A stretch of 64,000 bases of DNA from Alphaproteobacteria bacterium (GTDB lineage: Bacteria > Pseudomonadota > Alphaproteobacteria > CASFRQ01 > SAAU01), in assembly GCA_009929265.1 (NCBI GenBank), contig SAAU01000003.1, positions 17,531-81,530 of the forward strand, in the 5' to 3' direction. How positions within the stretch are numbered: position 1 is the stretch's first letter; every line of letters starts with the position of its first letter. Made by a program: the position numbers and the translations under genes. Shown here piece by piece: positions 21,633-32,059 of this stretch. The notes beneath the pieces were generated by a model. The model was given only the letters and a program-made list of their open reading frames with translations, was not told where the DNA came from and ran no database searches.

Positions 21633-22355
21633 CTATTGAATAATTCTAAGAAAGGGCCTTAACCATTCAAAATTGAGAGTCAATATAAAAAGAACAATTA
21701 GGGCTGAAATGGCTAAAGATGGCCCATAAGGACCTGATTTCTCTTTCGTAAATAAAGTAAAAATCATAAAAACAACACAAGATAAAAGCAAGGTAAGATT
21801 TAATCCTACAAATCCAAGCCAGGCCCCTAAAGCGGCCAACATTTTGACGTCTCCCCCGCCAAAGCCGCCTTTAATCAAAGGATAAATTAAAAAGACCGCA
21901 ACGGTTGGCAAGAAATAACCAAATAAAGCCCCTAACACGCTTGTTTCAGGAGAAATACCCTCCCCAAAAACAGAATAAGCAAACCCAAAAATTAAAAGGG
22001 GCATTGTGAGCACATCTGGCAAAAGCATCAATTTTGCATCAACAAGCGCCAAAAGTAAGGAAAGAAAAATCATAATTTTAATAAAGATTTGAGAAGTTTC
22101 AGAAAAATACAAATCTGTCATTCCATAAAGGCTCATCAAAATCAATCCAAAAAGAACACAACTTCCAAGTAATTTCATCCAAAGGTTTTTAAATTGCATT
22201 TTATAGGCTAAAGTCAGCCCTTTTGAAAAACGTGGGCGATGAAATAAGCTTGCCAAAGCCGTTCCTGCGTCTGCGGGCATAAATTTACCAAATCGACTCG
22301 CCATAAGAGGTAAAAGAAATCCTAGAGTAAAGCCGGTAAAGAGAGTTAAATACAT
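21633..22355 (-). CDS. Type IV prepilin peptidase (A24 family, CpaA/TadV-like)
   Basis: Polytopic membrane protein carrying GGGDVKMLAALGAWLG, the second catalytic-Asp motif of A24 peptidases. Confidence 0.6.
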   Translation of the reverse strand: MYLTLFTGFTLGFLLPLMASRFGKFMPADAGTALASLFHRPRFSKGLTLAYKMQFKNLWMKLLGSCVLFGLILMSLYGMTDLYFSETSQIFIKIMIFLSLLLALVDAKLMLLPDVLTMPLLIFGFAYSVFGEGISPETSVLGALFGYFLPTVAVFLIYPLIKGGFGGGDVKMLAALGAWLGFVGLNLTLLLSCVVFMIFTLFTKEKSGPYGPSLAISALIVLFILTLNFEWLRPFLRIIQ

Positions 22356-22418
22356 CTTAAAATCCTATTGTTAAACAACGCTTCGTTTATAAATAAAAAA
22401 GGAGGAACCCTCCCCTTT

Positions 22419-22769
22419 TTATTCTGCACTATCCAAAACATCCATAGCAGCAGTTGTCAAATCCCCAATCACAGGAAGTTTTGTGACCCGACGAACGGGG
22501 ACAACATATTCACGGACAATGTCTTCATCTCTTAGCTCTACGACCAAAACATCCTTTATGTTCATAAAGGCCTCTCTGACTTGCGGATGAATATAATCCA
22601 AAATAACGGTTTGATCGACACTTCTATAAAGCAAAGCATGTTCCTGACCATCGTATAAAATTTTAGGGCGTTCAGATCCCCCCATTCTGGCTTTAATGGC
22701 GATCAATAGCTGCCCTTCTGCGTTCTTAAGAATATTATACTTATTTTCAACTTCGACCATCGTATTCAT
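22419..22769 (-). CDS. Hypothetical protein (116 aa); possibly a PilZ-like domain
   Basis: No strong motif. It lies next to the prepilin peptidase. Confidence 0.25.
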   Translation of the reverse strand: MNTMVEVENKYNILKNAEGQLLIAIKARMGGSERPKILYDGQEHALLYRSVDQTVILDYIHPQVREAFMNIKDVLVVELRDEDIVREYVVPVRRVTKLPVIGDLTTAAMDVLDSAE

Positions 22770-22934
22770 CTAAAACATCCTTTTCTAAAAGAGGGACTTT
22801 AACATTTTAAAAGGTTTGATATTTTACCTTGCTCATAAAAAGCTTGTTATTTTTCCTATTTTTTCTATACTCTACAAAAAATTGAAGCTGTTTTCAACAA
22901 TGATTTTAAAAAAAATACAAAAGGCAACAAAAAA

Positions 22935-23597
22935 ATGAAAGAAATTACCTACCCTTTTATAAATTTAGCAAATGTTAAAGGTGTTTTAATCGACTTAGAC
23001 AATACGATTTATGACTTTGAGACCCCTCATCAAAAAGCTATCTTAGCAAGCTATCATTTTTTTAAAAAAATTATTTCATTTGAAGAATTTAAAGAAAAAT
23101 ACAGCTTTATCTTACACGAAAACATAAAAGGCGGACTTCCTTGCCAACACAGCCGCTATCATATTTTTCGCCAAATAGCCGAAGAAAAAAACCTCCCCTA
23201 TCCTTGGCTTATGGCAGAAAAAGTAAATCTTGCGTTTTGGAATGTTTTTATTAAAAATATGAAAGTAGATAAAAACGCCCTCGCCTTTTTAAAAGAAACT
23301 AAAAAGAAAAATATTCCCGTTTGTCTTGTGACGGATCTTTTGGCCTCTATCCAAACCCGAAAACTTAAAAGATTGGGTATTGCGTTTTATATCGACTTTA
23401 TGGTTTCAAACGACGAAGTTTATTGCGATAAACCCGATAAAAGAATGTTTGAAGCTGCATTAAAAAAGCTTCATCTTTCGGCTCAAGATGTGATTATGAT
23501 TGGCGACAATCCTAAAAGAGATATTTTAGGGGCTGATAGAATGGGAATTAAATCCTATTTAGTCACTTTTAAAGAAGGTAAAAATAAATTCCTTTAA
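22935..23597 (+). CDS. HAD-superfamily hydrolase
   Basis: Motif I DxD (LIDLDNTIYDF) and a C-terminal IMIGDNPKRDILGA motif (motif IV). 220 aa. Confidence 0.6.
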   Translation: MKEITYPFINLANVKGVLIDLDNTIYDFETPHQKAILASYHFFKKIISFEEFKEKYSFILHENIKGGLPCQHSRYHIFRQIAEEKNLPYPWLMAEKVNLAFWNVFIKNMKVDKNALAFLKETKKKNIPVCLVTDLLASIQTRKLKRLGIAFYIDFMVSNDEVYCDKPDKRMFEAALKKLHLSAQDVIMIGDNPKRDILGADRMGIKSYLVTFKEGKNKFL

Positions 23598-23777
23598 GCC
23601 TCAATACGTTCTTTCCTTGAACCTGTTTCCTAAAATGAATCTTTTTTGTAAAAATTCAAAAAAAGACTTGTGCTCAGATTTAAAAAATGCTACAAAAATT
23701 GGGTAAAAAAATATCCTTAAGAAACGGTTTTAAGGATGTTTCAATTTAAATTAACAAATGATAAAGGATACGCATCC

Positions 23778-26447
23778 ATGACAAAATGGGTTTACACATT
23801 TGGAGACGGAAAAGCCGAAGGCAGTGCTGATATGCGTAACCTACTCGGCGGTAAAGGGGCAAACCTTGCCGAAATGAGTAGCATCGGAATTCCAGTTCCT
23901 CCAGGATTTACAATCACAACAGATGTTTGTACTTACTATTATGACAACAACCATTCTTATCCAGAAGAGTTAAAAGAAAATGTTTTAACCGCTTTAAAAG
24001 AAGTTGAATCAACTCTTGGACGGAAATTTGGGGATGAAGAAAATCCTCTTCTTTTCTCCGTTCGTTCTGGGGCTCGTATTTCTATGCCAGGGATGATGGA
24101 CACCATCTTAAACCTTGGTTTAAACGATAAAACAGTTGAAGGATTGGCTAAAATTTCTGGCAATGCAAAATTTGCTTATGACAGCTATCGTCGTTTCCTT
24201 CAAATGTATGCTGACGTTGTTCTTGGGGTTCATGGTTCTCTCTTTGAAAATGTTTTGGAAAAAGTCAAAGAAGAAAACAACTATGAATTTGACAACCAAA
24301 TGACAGTTGAACAACTTAAAGACGTCATTGGACAATACAAAGCTATTTGTGAAAAAGAAGGCAAACCTGTTCCACAAGACCCATACGAACAATTATGGGG
24401 TGGCATTGGCGCTGTATTCTCTTCATGGATGGTTGATCGGGCTATCTACTACAGAAAGATGAATAACATCTCTGAAAAATGGGGAACAGCCGTTAACGTT
24501 CAAGCTATGGTTTTCGGAAACTCTGGTGACAATTCTGCAACAGGCGTTTGCTTCACACGTGACCCTGCAACTGGGGAAAACCTTTTCTATGGTGAATACC
24601 TTAAGAATGCTCAAGGGGAAGATGTTGTTGCAGGTATCAGAACACCACAACCTATGAACAAAATTGTTAAAGAACGCCGTGGCGTTAATCTTCCATGTAT
24701 GGAAGAAGAATTTCCAGAAGTTTATGCTGAATTAGACGCTATCCGTTCCAAACTTGAAGATCACTATAAAGATATGCAAGATATGGAATTCACAATCCAA
24801 GACGGAAAATTGTGGATGCTTCAAACAAGAACAGGGAAAAGAACTGGGACAGCTGCTTTAAGAATCGCAGTTGAAATGGTTGAAGAAGGTCTTATCGACA
24901 AAGAAACAGCCATTATGCGTTTAGACGGGGCTGCTTTAGATCAACTTTTACACCCTATGCTTGATAAGAAAGCTGAAAAGCAAGTTTTGGCAGAAGGGCT
25001 TCCTGCTTCACCAGGGGCTGCAGTTGGGGAAATTGTTTTCTCTGCTGAAGATGCTGAAAAAGCAAAAGACGCTGGGAAAAAAGTTATTCTTGTTCGTCAA
25101 GAAACAAGTCCTGAAGATATTACAGGGATGCACGTTTCTGAAGGTATCTTAACAGCAAGAGGCGGGATGACATCTCACGCTGCTGTTGTGGCTCGAGGAA
25201 TGGGAAAACCTTGTGTTTCTGGTGTTTCTGCTTTACGCGTCGATGCCGCAAACAAAATGCTTAAAATCGGTGACGTTATCTTGAAAGAAGGCGATATGCT
25301 TTCTTTAGATGGAACAACGGGCGAAGTTATTAAAGGCGCTGTTGCTTTAGTTCAACCTGAAATGACAGGAAACTTTGGTAAATTTATGGGTTGGGTTGAT
25401 AAAATCCGCTCTTTAGGTGTTCGCACAAACGCAGAAACACCATTGGATGCTCAAACAGCTCGTGACTTTGGGGCAGAAGGTATCGGTCTTGCCAGAACAG
25501 AACATATGTTCTTTGATGCAAAACGGATTATCCACATGCGTCAAATGATTTTATCAACAAACGAAGCTGATAGACGCGCCGCATTAGAAAAACTTCTTCC
25601 TTACCAAAAGCAAGATTTCATTGATCTTTTCACTATTATGAAAGGTCTTCCTGTGACGGTTCGTTTACTCGATCCTCCTTTACATGAATTCTTACCTAAT
25701 AAGGCAGAAGAACAAGCTGAAGTTGCTTTAGCTCTTGGAATTGATGTTGAAACTGTTAAATCAAGAACAGCACAACTTCACGAAGCTAACCCAATGCTCG
25801 GTCACCGCGGATGCCGTTTGGGAATTACATACCCAGAAATCAACGAAATGCAAGCTCAAGCTATTTTAGAAGCCGCTTTAGAAGTTTCTGAAAAAGAAGG
25901 CATTGAAGTCGTTCCAGATATTATGATTCCACTTGTTGGATCTAAAAAGGAACTCGACCTTGCAAAAGCTTCCGTTGAAAAAATGGCAAAAGAAGTTTCC
26001 GCAAAATACGGTAAAGAAGCAAAATACAACATCGGGACAATGATTGAATTACCTCGCGCTTGTGTCATGTCAGGTGAAATCGCCAAAACTGCTGAATTCT
26101 TTAGTTTTGGAACAAACGATTTAACACAAACAACACTTGGGATGAGCCGTGACGATGCAGGATCTTTCCTTCCAGAATATGCTAAGAAAGGCATTTATGA
26201 AAGAGATCCATTTGCAAGTCTTGACCAAGAAGGGGTTGGGTCTTTAATTAAACTTGCTGTAAAACAAGGGAAAGAAACAAGACCAGACATTCACCTTGGA
26301 ATTTGTGGAGAACATGGTGGAGATCCAAGAACAGTTGAATTCTGTCATAACGTTGGATTAACTTATGTTTCATGCTCACCATACCGTGTGCCAATCGCAA
26401 GATTAGCCGCAGCTCAAGCTGAAATTAAAAATCCAAGAAAGAAATAA
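23778..26447 (+). CDS. ppdK: Pyruvate, phosphate dikinase
   Basis: MTKWVYTFGDGKAEGSADMRNLLGGKGANLAEM, the phospho-histidine region (GGMTSHAAVVARGMGKPCV) and a C-terminal PEP-utilising TIM barrel. Start chosen at 23778 after an AAAGGA RBS. Confidence 0.9.
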   Translation: MTKWVYTFGDGKAEGSADMRNLLGGKGANLAEMSSIGIPVPPGFTITTDVCTYYYDNNHSYPEELKENVLTALKEVESTLGRKFGDEENPLLFSVRSGARISMPGMMDTILNLGLNDKTVEGLAKISGNAKFAYDSYRRFLQMYADVVLGVHGSLFENVLEKVKEENNYEFDNQMTVEQLKDVIGQYKAICEKEGKPVPQDPYEQLWGGIGAVFSSWMVDRAIYYRKMNNISEKWGTAVNVQAMVFGNSGDNSATGVCFTRDPATGENLFYGEYLKNAQGEDVVAGIRTPQPMNKIVKERRGVNLPCMEEEFPEVYAELDAIRSKLEDHYKDMQDMEFTIQDGKLWMLQTRTGKRTGTAALRIAVEMVEEGLIDKETAIMRLDGAALDQLLHPMLDKKAEKQVLAEGLPASPGAAVGEIVFSAEDAEKAKDAGKKVILVRQETSPEDITGMHVSEGILTARGGMTSHAAVVARGMGKPCVSGVSALRVDAANKMLKIGDVILKEGDMLSLDGTTGEVIKGAVALVQPEMTGNFGKFMGWVDKIRSLGVRTNAETPLDAQTARDFGAEGIGLARTEHMFFDAKRIIHMRQMILSTNEADRRAALEKLLPYQKQDFIDLFTIMKGLPVTVRLLDPPLHEFLPNKAEEQAEVALALGIDVETVKSRTAQLHEANPMLGHRGCRLGITYPEINEMQAQAILEAALEVSEKEGIEVVPDIMIPLVGSKKELDLAKASVEKMAKEVSAKYGKEAKYNIGTMIELPRACVMSGEIAKTAEFFSFGTNDLTQTTLGMSRDDAGSFLPEYAKKGIYERDPFASLDQEGVGSLIKLAVKQGKETRPDIHLGICGEHGGDPRTVEFCHNVGLTYVSCSPYRVPIARLAAAQAEIKNPRKK

Positions 26448-26472
26448 TCTTTTTTAGATTTTTCAAAAAAAA

Positions 26473-26504
26473 GCCTTCTCATTATTGAGGAGGCTTTTTA
26501 TTTT
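26473..26504 (+). terminator. Rho-independent terminator after ppdK
   Basis: gccttctc-attatt-gaggaggc (one G·U pair) followed by a T-run. Confidence 0.6.
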
Positions 26505-26650
26505 GATGCCTTACTCTCTTCATCATTGATAAAAAAGAAGTTGCAATTTCAAAAAGAGTTAGGTATACTTCTTATATAAAAAAATAAATGCCACAGTGTT
26601 TCTTAAAAACACTGGGTCTTTTTTTTACTTTTAAAAGAAAGGATAGAAAA

Positions 26651-27127
26651 ATGGAAACTAAAGTTCCTATGACAAAAGAAGGGCACCAAAAACTTCAAAA
26701 GGAATTAACAAAGTTAAAGCTGGAAGATAGACATGAAGTCATTGCCGCTATTGAAGAAGCACGCTCTCATGGGGATTTATCCGAGAATGCAGAATATCAT
26801 GCTGCACGCGAAAAACAAAGCTTTATAGAGGGTCGTATTTTGGAACTTGAAGCCGCTTTAAGTCGGGCTCAAGTTATTGATGCGTCAAAATTTTCCGGAG
26901 AAAAAGTCCTCTTTGGTGCAAAAGTTGAAGTTTGTGACGAAGAAACAGGAGATTCAGCTATTTACCAAATTGTTGGCCAATACGAAGCGGACCTTGAACA
27001 GGGAAAAATCTCCCTCACTTCCCCTCTTGCAAAAGCGTTAATTGGAAAAGAAATCGGCGACTCTGTTGAATTTGTTTCTCCTCGAGGAAAAAGAAATTAC
27101 GAAATTTTAGACGTTCAATTTTCATAA
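26651..27127 (+). CDS. greA: Transcription elongation factor GreA
   Basis: METKVPMTKEGHQKLQKELTKLK...HGDLSENAEYHAAREKQ. An AAAGGA RBS sits upstream. 158 aa. Confidence 0.9.
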   Translation: METKVPMTKEGHQKLQKELTKLKLEDRHEVIAAIEEARSHGDLSENAEYHAAREKQSFIEGRILELEAALSRAQVIDASKFSGEKVLFGAKVEVCDEETGDSAIYQIVGQYEADLEQGKISLTSPLAKALIGKEIGDSVEFVSPRGKRNYEILDVQFS

Positions 27128-27151
27128 TCTTCAAAAACCTTTTTTAAAAAA

Positions 27152-27176
27152 GCCTTTTTTTAAAGGCTTTTTTTTA
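27152..27176 (+). terminator. Rho-independent terminator after greA
   Basis: gccttt-tttt-aaaggc perfect stem followed by T8. Confidence 0.7.
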
Positions 27177-27345
27177 TGTCCTAAAAGAGAATCTTCCTAA
27201 AATTCCATTTTTTTGCAAAAAGAGGCCTTCTTTTTGAATTTATATTCATTTTTTATGAAAATAACTCTTTACTTTTCTAACTTTCTATTATAAGTATAAC
27301 AATAAATATTTATATTCGACCAAGAAGAATTTGGAACTATTTAGG

Positions 27346-27555
27346 ATGTATGAAACTAAAACCTCCCCTGTCCTTTTTAAGAAAAAACAAGCCAATGTTG
27401 TCTATAAGGAATTTGAAGAGCTTATAAAGGATTTAGATAAGCTGGGGTTTAAAGAAGCCTGCTGTCTCGTTTCGGCGGCACAGGAATCTTTTGAGGAAAA
27501 AGTTTTTACCCATATCAAAAAAGAAGATACTCTCAAGAAAACAAATTTTGGTTAA
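27346..27555 (+). CDS. Hypothetical small protein (~69 aa)
   Basis: ORF with a weak RBS. The ORF track uses a TTG at 27331. A terminator follows it. Confidence 0.2.
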   Translation: MYETKTSPVLFKKKQANVVYKEFEELIKDLDKLGFKEACCLVSAAQESFEEKVFTHIKKEDTLKKTNFG

Positions 27556-27566
27556 AATTAAAAAAA

Positions 27567-27596
27567 CTCCCTCTTTTATAGGAGGGAGCTTTTCTT
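27567..27596. terminator. Bidirectional terminator between convergent genes
   Basis: ctccctc-ttttata-gagggag perfect 7-bp stem followed by a T-rich tract. Confidence 0.55.
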
Positions 27597-27610
27597 AAAA
27601 ATGTGCAGTT

Positions 27611-28476
27611 TTAGAAAGGCATTGAAACCTTAATTCCATAGCTGCTGGCATTCTTTACGCCACCATATAATGCGGTCATTTCTTTCATATGGCTAGAGAA
27701 TTTATGATATTCTGCATACGGCGTTAAATAGATTTTTTTATCAAAGACTGGATACGTAATCCCGACATGGAATGTATCAACAGCATTTGTCGCTTTGAAA
27801 GTTGAAGTGTATCTATAAGCGACTTTTCCTTTTGCGCCTCTAATCCAACCTAAATCAAGAGAAACATACGGGTTCATTTGATATTGGGCGTCAATTCCAT
27901 AATACCACCCTGTCATTCTTCTTGTATTTGTGGAACCGGAATCTCTAAAGTCAAACATGTAAATATATTTTGTAAAGGCAACCATTGTCCAATCGCCTTC
28001 TTTAAATCCAACGGCAATTTTTCCATCAACGGAATCAAAAGATTCTGAATATTCCCCTTCGGAAAGTTCAAACCCATAGTTGGCTTCGGCGGCCATCATG
28101 GCTTTACCCATTTTTGAAACATATTTTACCCCAACGGAAGGAGAACTGGCAAGTTTCCCTGTGACCATTGAATGATATGAAGATCGTCCTTCTTCATCGT
28201 TAATTTTAAGAACAACAGAAAAATCATCTGTCACCCCATAGCTTCCTGAAAAGAAGACAGGGTTTGCTGTTTCAAAATAGGTGTTTTCGCCTGTCCCATC
28301 TTGATATCTCATCCAAGCAGTTTCAAAAGTCACAAGTCCTTTGCCCTTTTTCGGAGCATAGAACGGGTTTGTTGGGTTCATTTCATCTGGGGTCATATTA
28401 CTATAGTAGCCAGGGGCAGCCATAGCCATAGTTGAAGCGGTCATCAAAAAAAGTGTTGAAAGTAAAAGCTTTTTCA
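27611..28476 (-). CDS. Outer-membrane beta-barrel protein (porin-like), signal peptide MKKLLLSTLFLMTASTMAMA, C-terminal Phe
   Basis: Start chosen at the internal Met with an AGGAGA RBS. The sequence shows an alternating amphipathic beta-strand pattern and ends ...YGIKVSMPF, a typical OMP C-terminus. Confidence 0.55.
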
Positions 28477-28858
28477 TCGTTATTCTCCTTTGAAAAAATA
28501 AAACTAAAAAGTCTCCATATCGGGTATGGATGGATTTAGTATAAAAGAGATGATTCGAAAAACAAGTAAAATAATATAACAAAAAACAACCCTTTATAGA
28601 ACAAAGAGAAACAAAGAAAAACATAACCTTTTGTTTTTATAAGATAAAAAAATATCTCTCCGTTTTCTCTTTACTTTTAAAAAAGAAGCAACACGTTTTA
28701 GTTTATTAGCGTCCAAAAAGAACTCTTTTTTCTTTTCATTCCCCGACTCAAAATCTTAAAAAAAATTTTCATTTATTTTTAGATTATTCTGCAAAAAAAT
28801 CATTTTTTTACTTGCAATCTTTTTTAAAAATGTGTAAAAGAAACCTGTTTCAAAGGTG

Positions 28859-28935
28859 GGGCGTGTAGCTCAGGTGGTTAGAGCGTTACGTTGACATCGT
28901 AGAGGTCAGAGGTTCGAGTCCTCTTACGCCCACCA
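28859..28935 (+). tRNA. tRNA-Val (anticodon GAC)
   Basis: GGGCGTGTAGCTCAGGTGGTTAGAGCGTTACGTTGACATCGTAGAGGTCAGAGGTTCGAGTCCTCTTACGCCCACCA folds as a cloverleaf with anticodon loop TTGACAT. Confidence 0.9.
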
Positions 28936-28948
28936 TAAAACTCCAAAA

Positions 28949-28985
28949 TGAAAGCCTGCATTTTATATGCGGTCTTTTTTTTGTC
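28949..28985 (+). terminator. Putative terminator after tRNA-Val
   Basis: cctgcat-tttat-atgcgg stem followed by tcttttttttt. Confidence 0.4.
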
Positions 28986-29004
28986 CTTAATTTAAGGAAA
29001 TTTT

Positions 29005-29871
29005 TTATCTACTCTTTTGCGTAAATTGTTTTGTTTTATACATTGGAAGATACGTCTTTCTTTGATTTTTCTTTTTATCTTTTGCCATTAAATAAATATC
29101 CTTAAAGCTATTTATTTTGTTAAATATTTTAGAAATCTTATCTTTGTTTTTCAAAGCTTTTTCTTTATCAAAAATCACTCTTAGTTCATACCTTCCCAAG
29201 CTTCTATCATAATAGAGCATCGCATTTTTACCCTCTTCAAAAAAGGAACAAAAATCAAAAAGATAATCTATTTTTTTGGAAATTCTTTCTTCCTGATGAA
29301 AAGGCAATTTCGTGTGATGAATAACCTTTTCAAGCCTGGCATAGGCTAAAATTTCATCAGAGGGAATATGTTTTCCTTTTAGAATTTCTGGATAATACTC
29401 ATTGGAATCAAAACAGGATAATTTTTCTTCTATGTTTTTTGATAAATAAGCCCTCTCCATACTTTCTTTTAATTTCAAATAATCAGAAACTTTTATCGCA
29501 CTTCGATGATATTCTTTTAGATTATTCGTATCCCGACAGAAAGCATTATACATTTTTTCTTCAGCATCTATTTCTATCACCACAAAATCTTGTCGTTTTG
29601 GCATTCGTTCAAAAGGAGTCACAAAGACATTTTCCTCTCGATTAAAAGGAGATCCTGGAACTTGAAACGGAAAATGTTTTTCAAAAAATTCTCCCCCAAA
29701 GTCATTCTTAAAGCTAAAATACCTATCGGTATAACTTTCTAAACGTCCTTCTTTAATCAAAACTGAAACGGATTTTAGCCCTTCTTTTAAAATACGCTCA
29801 ATTGAAGCCCTTGCTTTTCTGCCATGGATATGCCCCAGCTCATGAAAAGCATAAATCTTATTCTTATTCAT
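29005..29871 (-). CDS. Hypothetical protein (288 aa) with N-terminal HExxH motif (AFHELGHIHG)
   Basis: I recognise no family. HELGH at residues 10-14 could be a zincin-type metal site. The gene is AT-rich and sits next to tRNA-Val. Confidence 0.35.
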   Translation of the reverse strand: MNKNKIYAFHELGHIHGRKARASIERILKEGLKSVSVLIKEGRLESYTDRYFSFKNDFGGEFFEKHFPFQVPGSPFNREENVFVTPFERMPKRQDFVVIEIDAEEKMYNAFCRDTNNLKEYHRSAIKVSDYLKLKESMERAYLSKNIEEKLSCFDSNEYYPEILKGKHIPSDEILAYARLEKVIHHTKLPFHQEERISKKIDYLFDFCSFFEEGKNAMLYYDRSLGRYELRVIFDKEKALKNKDKISKIFNKINSFKDIYLMAKDKKKNQRKTYLPMYKTKQFTQKSR

Positions 29872-30060
29872 AGTTTTCCCTATTTAATTTGTATAGAATC
29901 TAAACTCCCCTGTTTAAATCTTTGGGAATTTATCAAAAAATTAAAATTAAATCAAATGTTTTTAAAAAATAAAAAAAGACTACTTCCCCTTTTTTGAATT
30001 TCTGTTAGAATAAAAGGCACGTTATTTATAGACAATTTTTAGATAAGGAAAGGATTAAAA

Positions 30061-31293
30061 ATGTCTGAAGATCTTCCAATTTATTCTCCTTTCAAAGGAG
30101 TCCTCCCCTCCCCTCAATATGCAAAAGAAGTTATCGCTCCGCCTTATGACGTCCTTTCTTCAAAAGAGGCTTTTGAGAAAGCTCACCTTAATCCGAAAAG
30201 CTTTTTGCATGTATCCAAGGCAGAAATTGATTTATCAGAGGGAATTGATGTTTACTCTGATTCTGTTTATCAAAAAGCAAAAGAAAATTTTAACCGTCTT
30301 TTGATGGAGGGGGTTTTATCCCGCTCTTCTAAGGATTCTTATTATATTTATCAGCTTCAAATGGGCGATCACGTTCAAACAGGGTTGGTCGTTGGGGCCA
30401 GTGTCAAAGCCTATAACGAAAATAGAATCAGACGGCACGAATTTACCCGTCAAGCCAAAGAAGATGATAGAGTTCATCAAATTGAAGCTGTGAATGCCCA
30501 AACGGGCCCTGCCCTTTTAATCAATAAAGAAATTCCAGAAGTTCGTGAGCTTTTGAAAAAAGAGACCGAATCGCGTCCTCCATTTTTCAGCGAATCTGCT
30601 GATTATGGCGTTTTTCATCGGCTTTGGGTTATTGACGATGAAGAAAAAGTAGCCTTCATCACACAAAAATTTCAAGAACAAAATTGCGCCTATATTGCAG
30701 ACGGACATCATAGATCTGCCGCTGCTTCACGGGTTGCTGCCGAAAAAGGCGGAGACGGACATAACGCTTGGGATAGCTTCTTGGCTGTGGCCTTCTTTGC
30801 AAAAGATATGAAAATCTTGGAATACAACCGCGTCATTAAGGATTTAAATGGCTTAACAAAAGACGAATTTTTAGAAGCCTTAAATAAAAGCTATACAATT
30901 CATGAAAGTCCTGTTCCTTATCAACCTAAGGAAAAAGGACGCTTTGGGATGTATTTGGACGGGGCGTGGTATGAACTCATTTATAAAAACCCTCTTCAAA
31001 ATGATGTGATTAAGGATTTGGATGTTAGCATTTTATCCGATACCGTTTTAACCCCCATCTTGGAAATTTTAGATTTGAGAAAATCCGAAAGAATCGACTT
31101 TGTTGGTGGAATTAGAGGACTGCCAGAGCTTGAAAAACGCGTCAATAGTAAAGAAATGCGCGCTGCCTTTTCTCTTTATCCTACTTCGGTTCAAGAGTTA
31201 ATGAAAGTGGCTGACAATAAAAAAATTATGCCGCCAAAATCCACTTGGTTTGAACCTAAATTGGCGGACGGGGTTGTCTCAAAGCTTATTTAA
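30061..31293 (+). CDS. DUF1015-family protein
   Basis: The N-terminus PFKGVLPSPQYAKEVIAPPYDVLSSKEA matches the DUF1015 signature. 410 aa. Confidence 0.55.
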   Translation: MSEDLPIYSPFKGVLPSPQYAKEVIAPPYDVLSSKEAFEKAHLNPKSFLHVSKAEIDLSEGIDVYSDSVYQKAKENFNRLLMEGVLSRSSKDSYYIYQLQMGDHVQTGLVVGASVKAYNENRIRRHEFTRQAKEDDRVHQIEAVNAQTGPALLINKEIPEVRELLKKETESRPPFFSESADYGVFHRLWVIDDEEKVAFITQKFQEQNCAYIADGHHRSAAASRVAAEKGGDGHNAWDSFLAVAFFAKDMKILEYNRVIKDLNGLTKDEFLEALNKSYTIHESPVPYQPKEKGRFGMYLDGAWYELIYKNPLQNDVIKDLDVSILSDTVLTPILEILDLRKSERIDFVGGIRGLPELEKRVNSKEMRAAFSLYPTSVQELMKVADNKKIMPPKSTWFEPKLADGVVSKLI

Positions 31294-31343
31294 AACAAAA
31301 CTCCTCTTCCTACAATTTAACGGGAAGAGGAGATTTTTTAAGA

Positions 31344-31550
31344 CTAATAATGAGGGGGCGGTGTTTCTTCACTTTGCTTTTTGATTTGACTGTCTTTCAA
31401 AAGTGTTTGGATAATGGATTTATGTTCCAAAAGCAATTTTTGAAGGAGAAGACTTTGGCGGATAACCTCTTGATTCAAATCCTCTAATTTTTTTTCTTGA
31501 GACATAACCATAATTTCTAGGTCCTCAAAGCGTTCTTCGGTTGTTTTCAT
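31344..31550 (-). CDS. SlyX-like small coiled-coil protein
   Basis: 68 aa, MKTTEERFEDLEIMVMSQEKKLEDLNQEV..., SlyX-like pattern. Confidence 0.45.
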   Translation of the reverse strand: MKTTEERFEDLEIMVMSQEKKLEDLNQEVIRQSLLLQKLLLEHKSIIQTLLKDSQIKKQSEETPPPHY

Positions 31551-31620
31551 AAAAAATCCCTTTCATTTTTCTGCATTCTACTTTATTTTGATAAAAATGC
31601 AATACAAGAAGGAACGATAA

Positions 31621-32040
31621 ATGGAATTTAAAAAACAAAATGATACTTACTTTATCCGCCTTGAAAAAGGGGAAGAAATTGTTGAAACCTTAAAAACCTT
31701 TGTTGAAAAAGAGAACATTTCAGCAGGCAGTCTTGAAGGCATTGGCGCTTTATCAGAAGTGACTTTAGGCGTTTTTTACCCTGCAACAAAAGAATATAAA
31801 GAACGTAAAATGACGGGTATCTTTGAAATTACAAGCCTTTTGGGAAACATCTCCCGAAAAGACGGGGCGCCTTACCTCCATCTTCACATCACCGTTGCTG
31901 ATGAAAAAAATCAAGTCTTTGGCGGGCATCTTGTTTCTGCTAAAATCAGCGCAACAGGAGAAATATTGGCCAGATCTGTTGAGACGAAAATCTCTCGCAA
32001 AATGAGTAATGAAATTGGCCTCAACCTTTTTGAATTTTAA
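31621..32040 (+). CDS. PPC-domain (DUF296) DNA-binding protein
   Basis: FIRLEKGEEIVETLKTFVEKENISAGSLEGIGALSEVTLGVFYP...HLHITVA matches the PPC/DUF296 pattern. Confidence 0.5.
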   Translation: MEFKKQNDTYFIRLEKGEEIVETLKTFVEKENISAGSLEGIGALSEVTLGVFYPATKEYKERKMTGIFEITSLLGNISRKDGAPYLHLHITVADEKNQVFGGHLVSAKISATGEILARSVETKISRKMSNEIGLNLFEF

Positions 32041-32059
32041 TAAACCGAAAGAAAAACAT

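Noticed and set aside
27331-27345. TTG start for the small ORF after greA
   Set aside because: The ORF track starts at a TTG. The in-frame ATG at 27346 is more plausible, and the whole ORF is low-confidence anyway.
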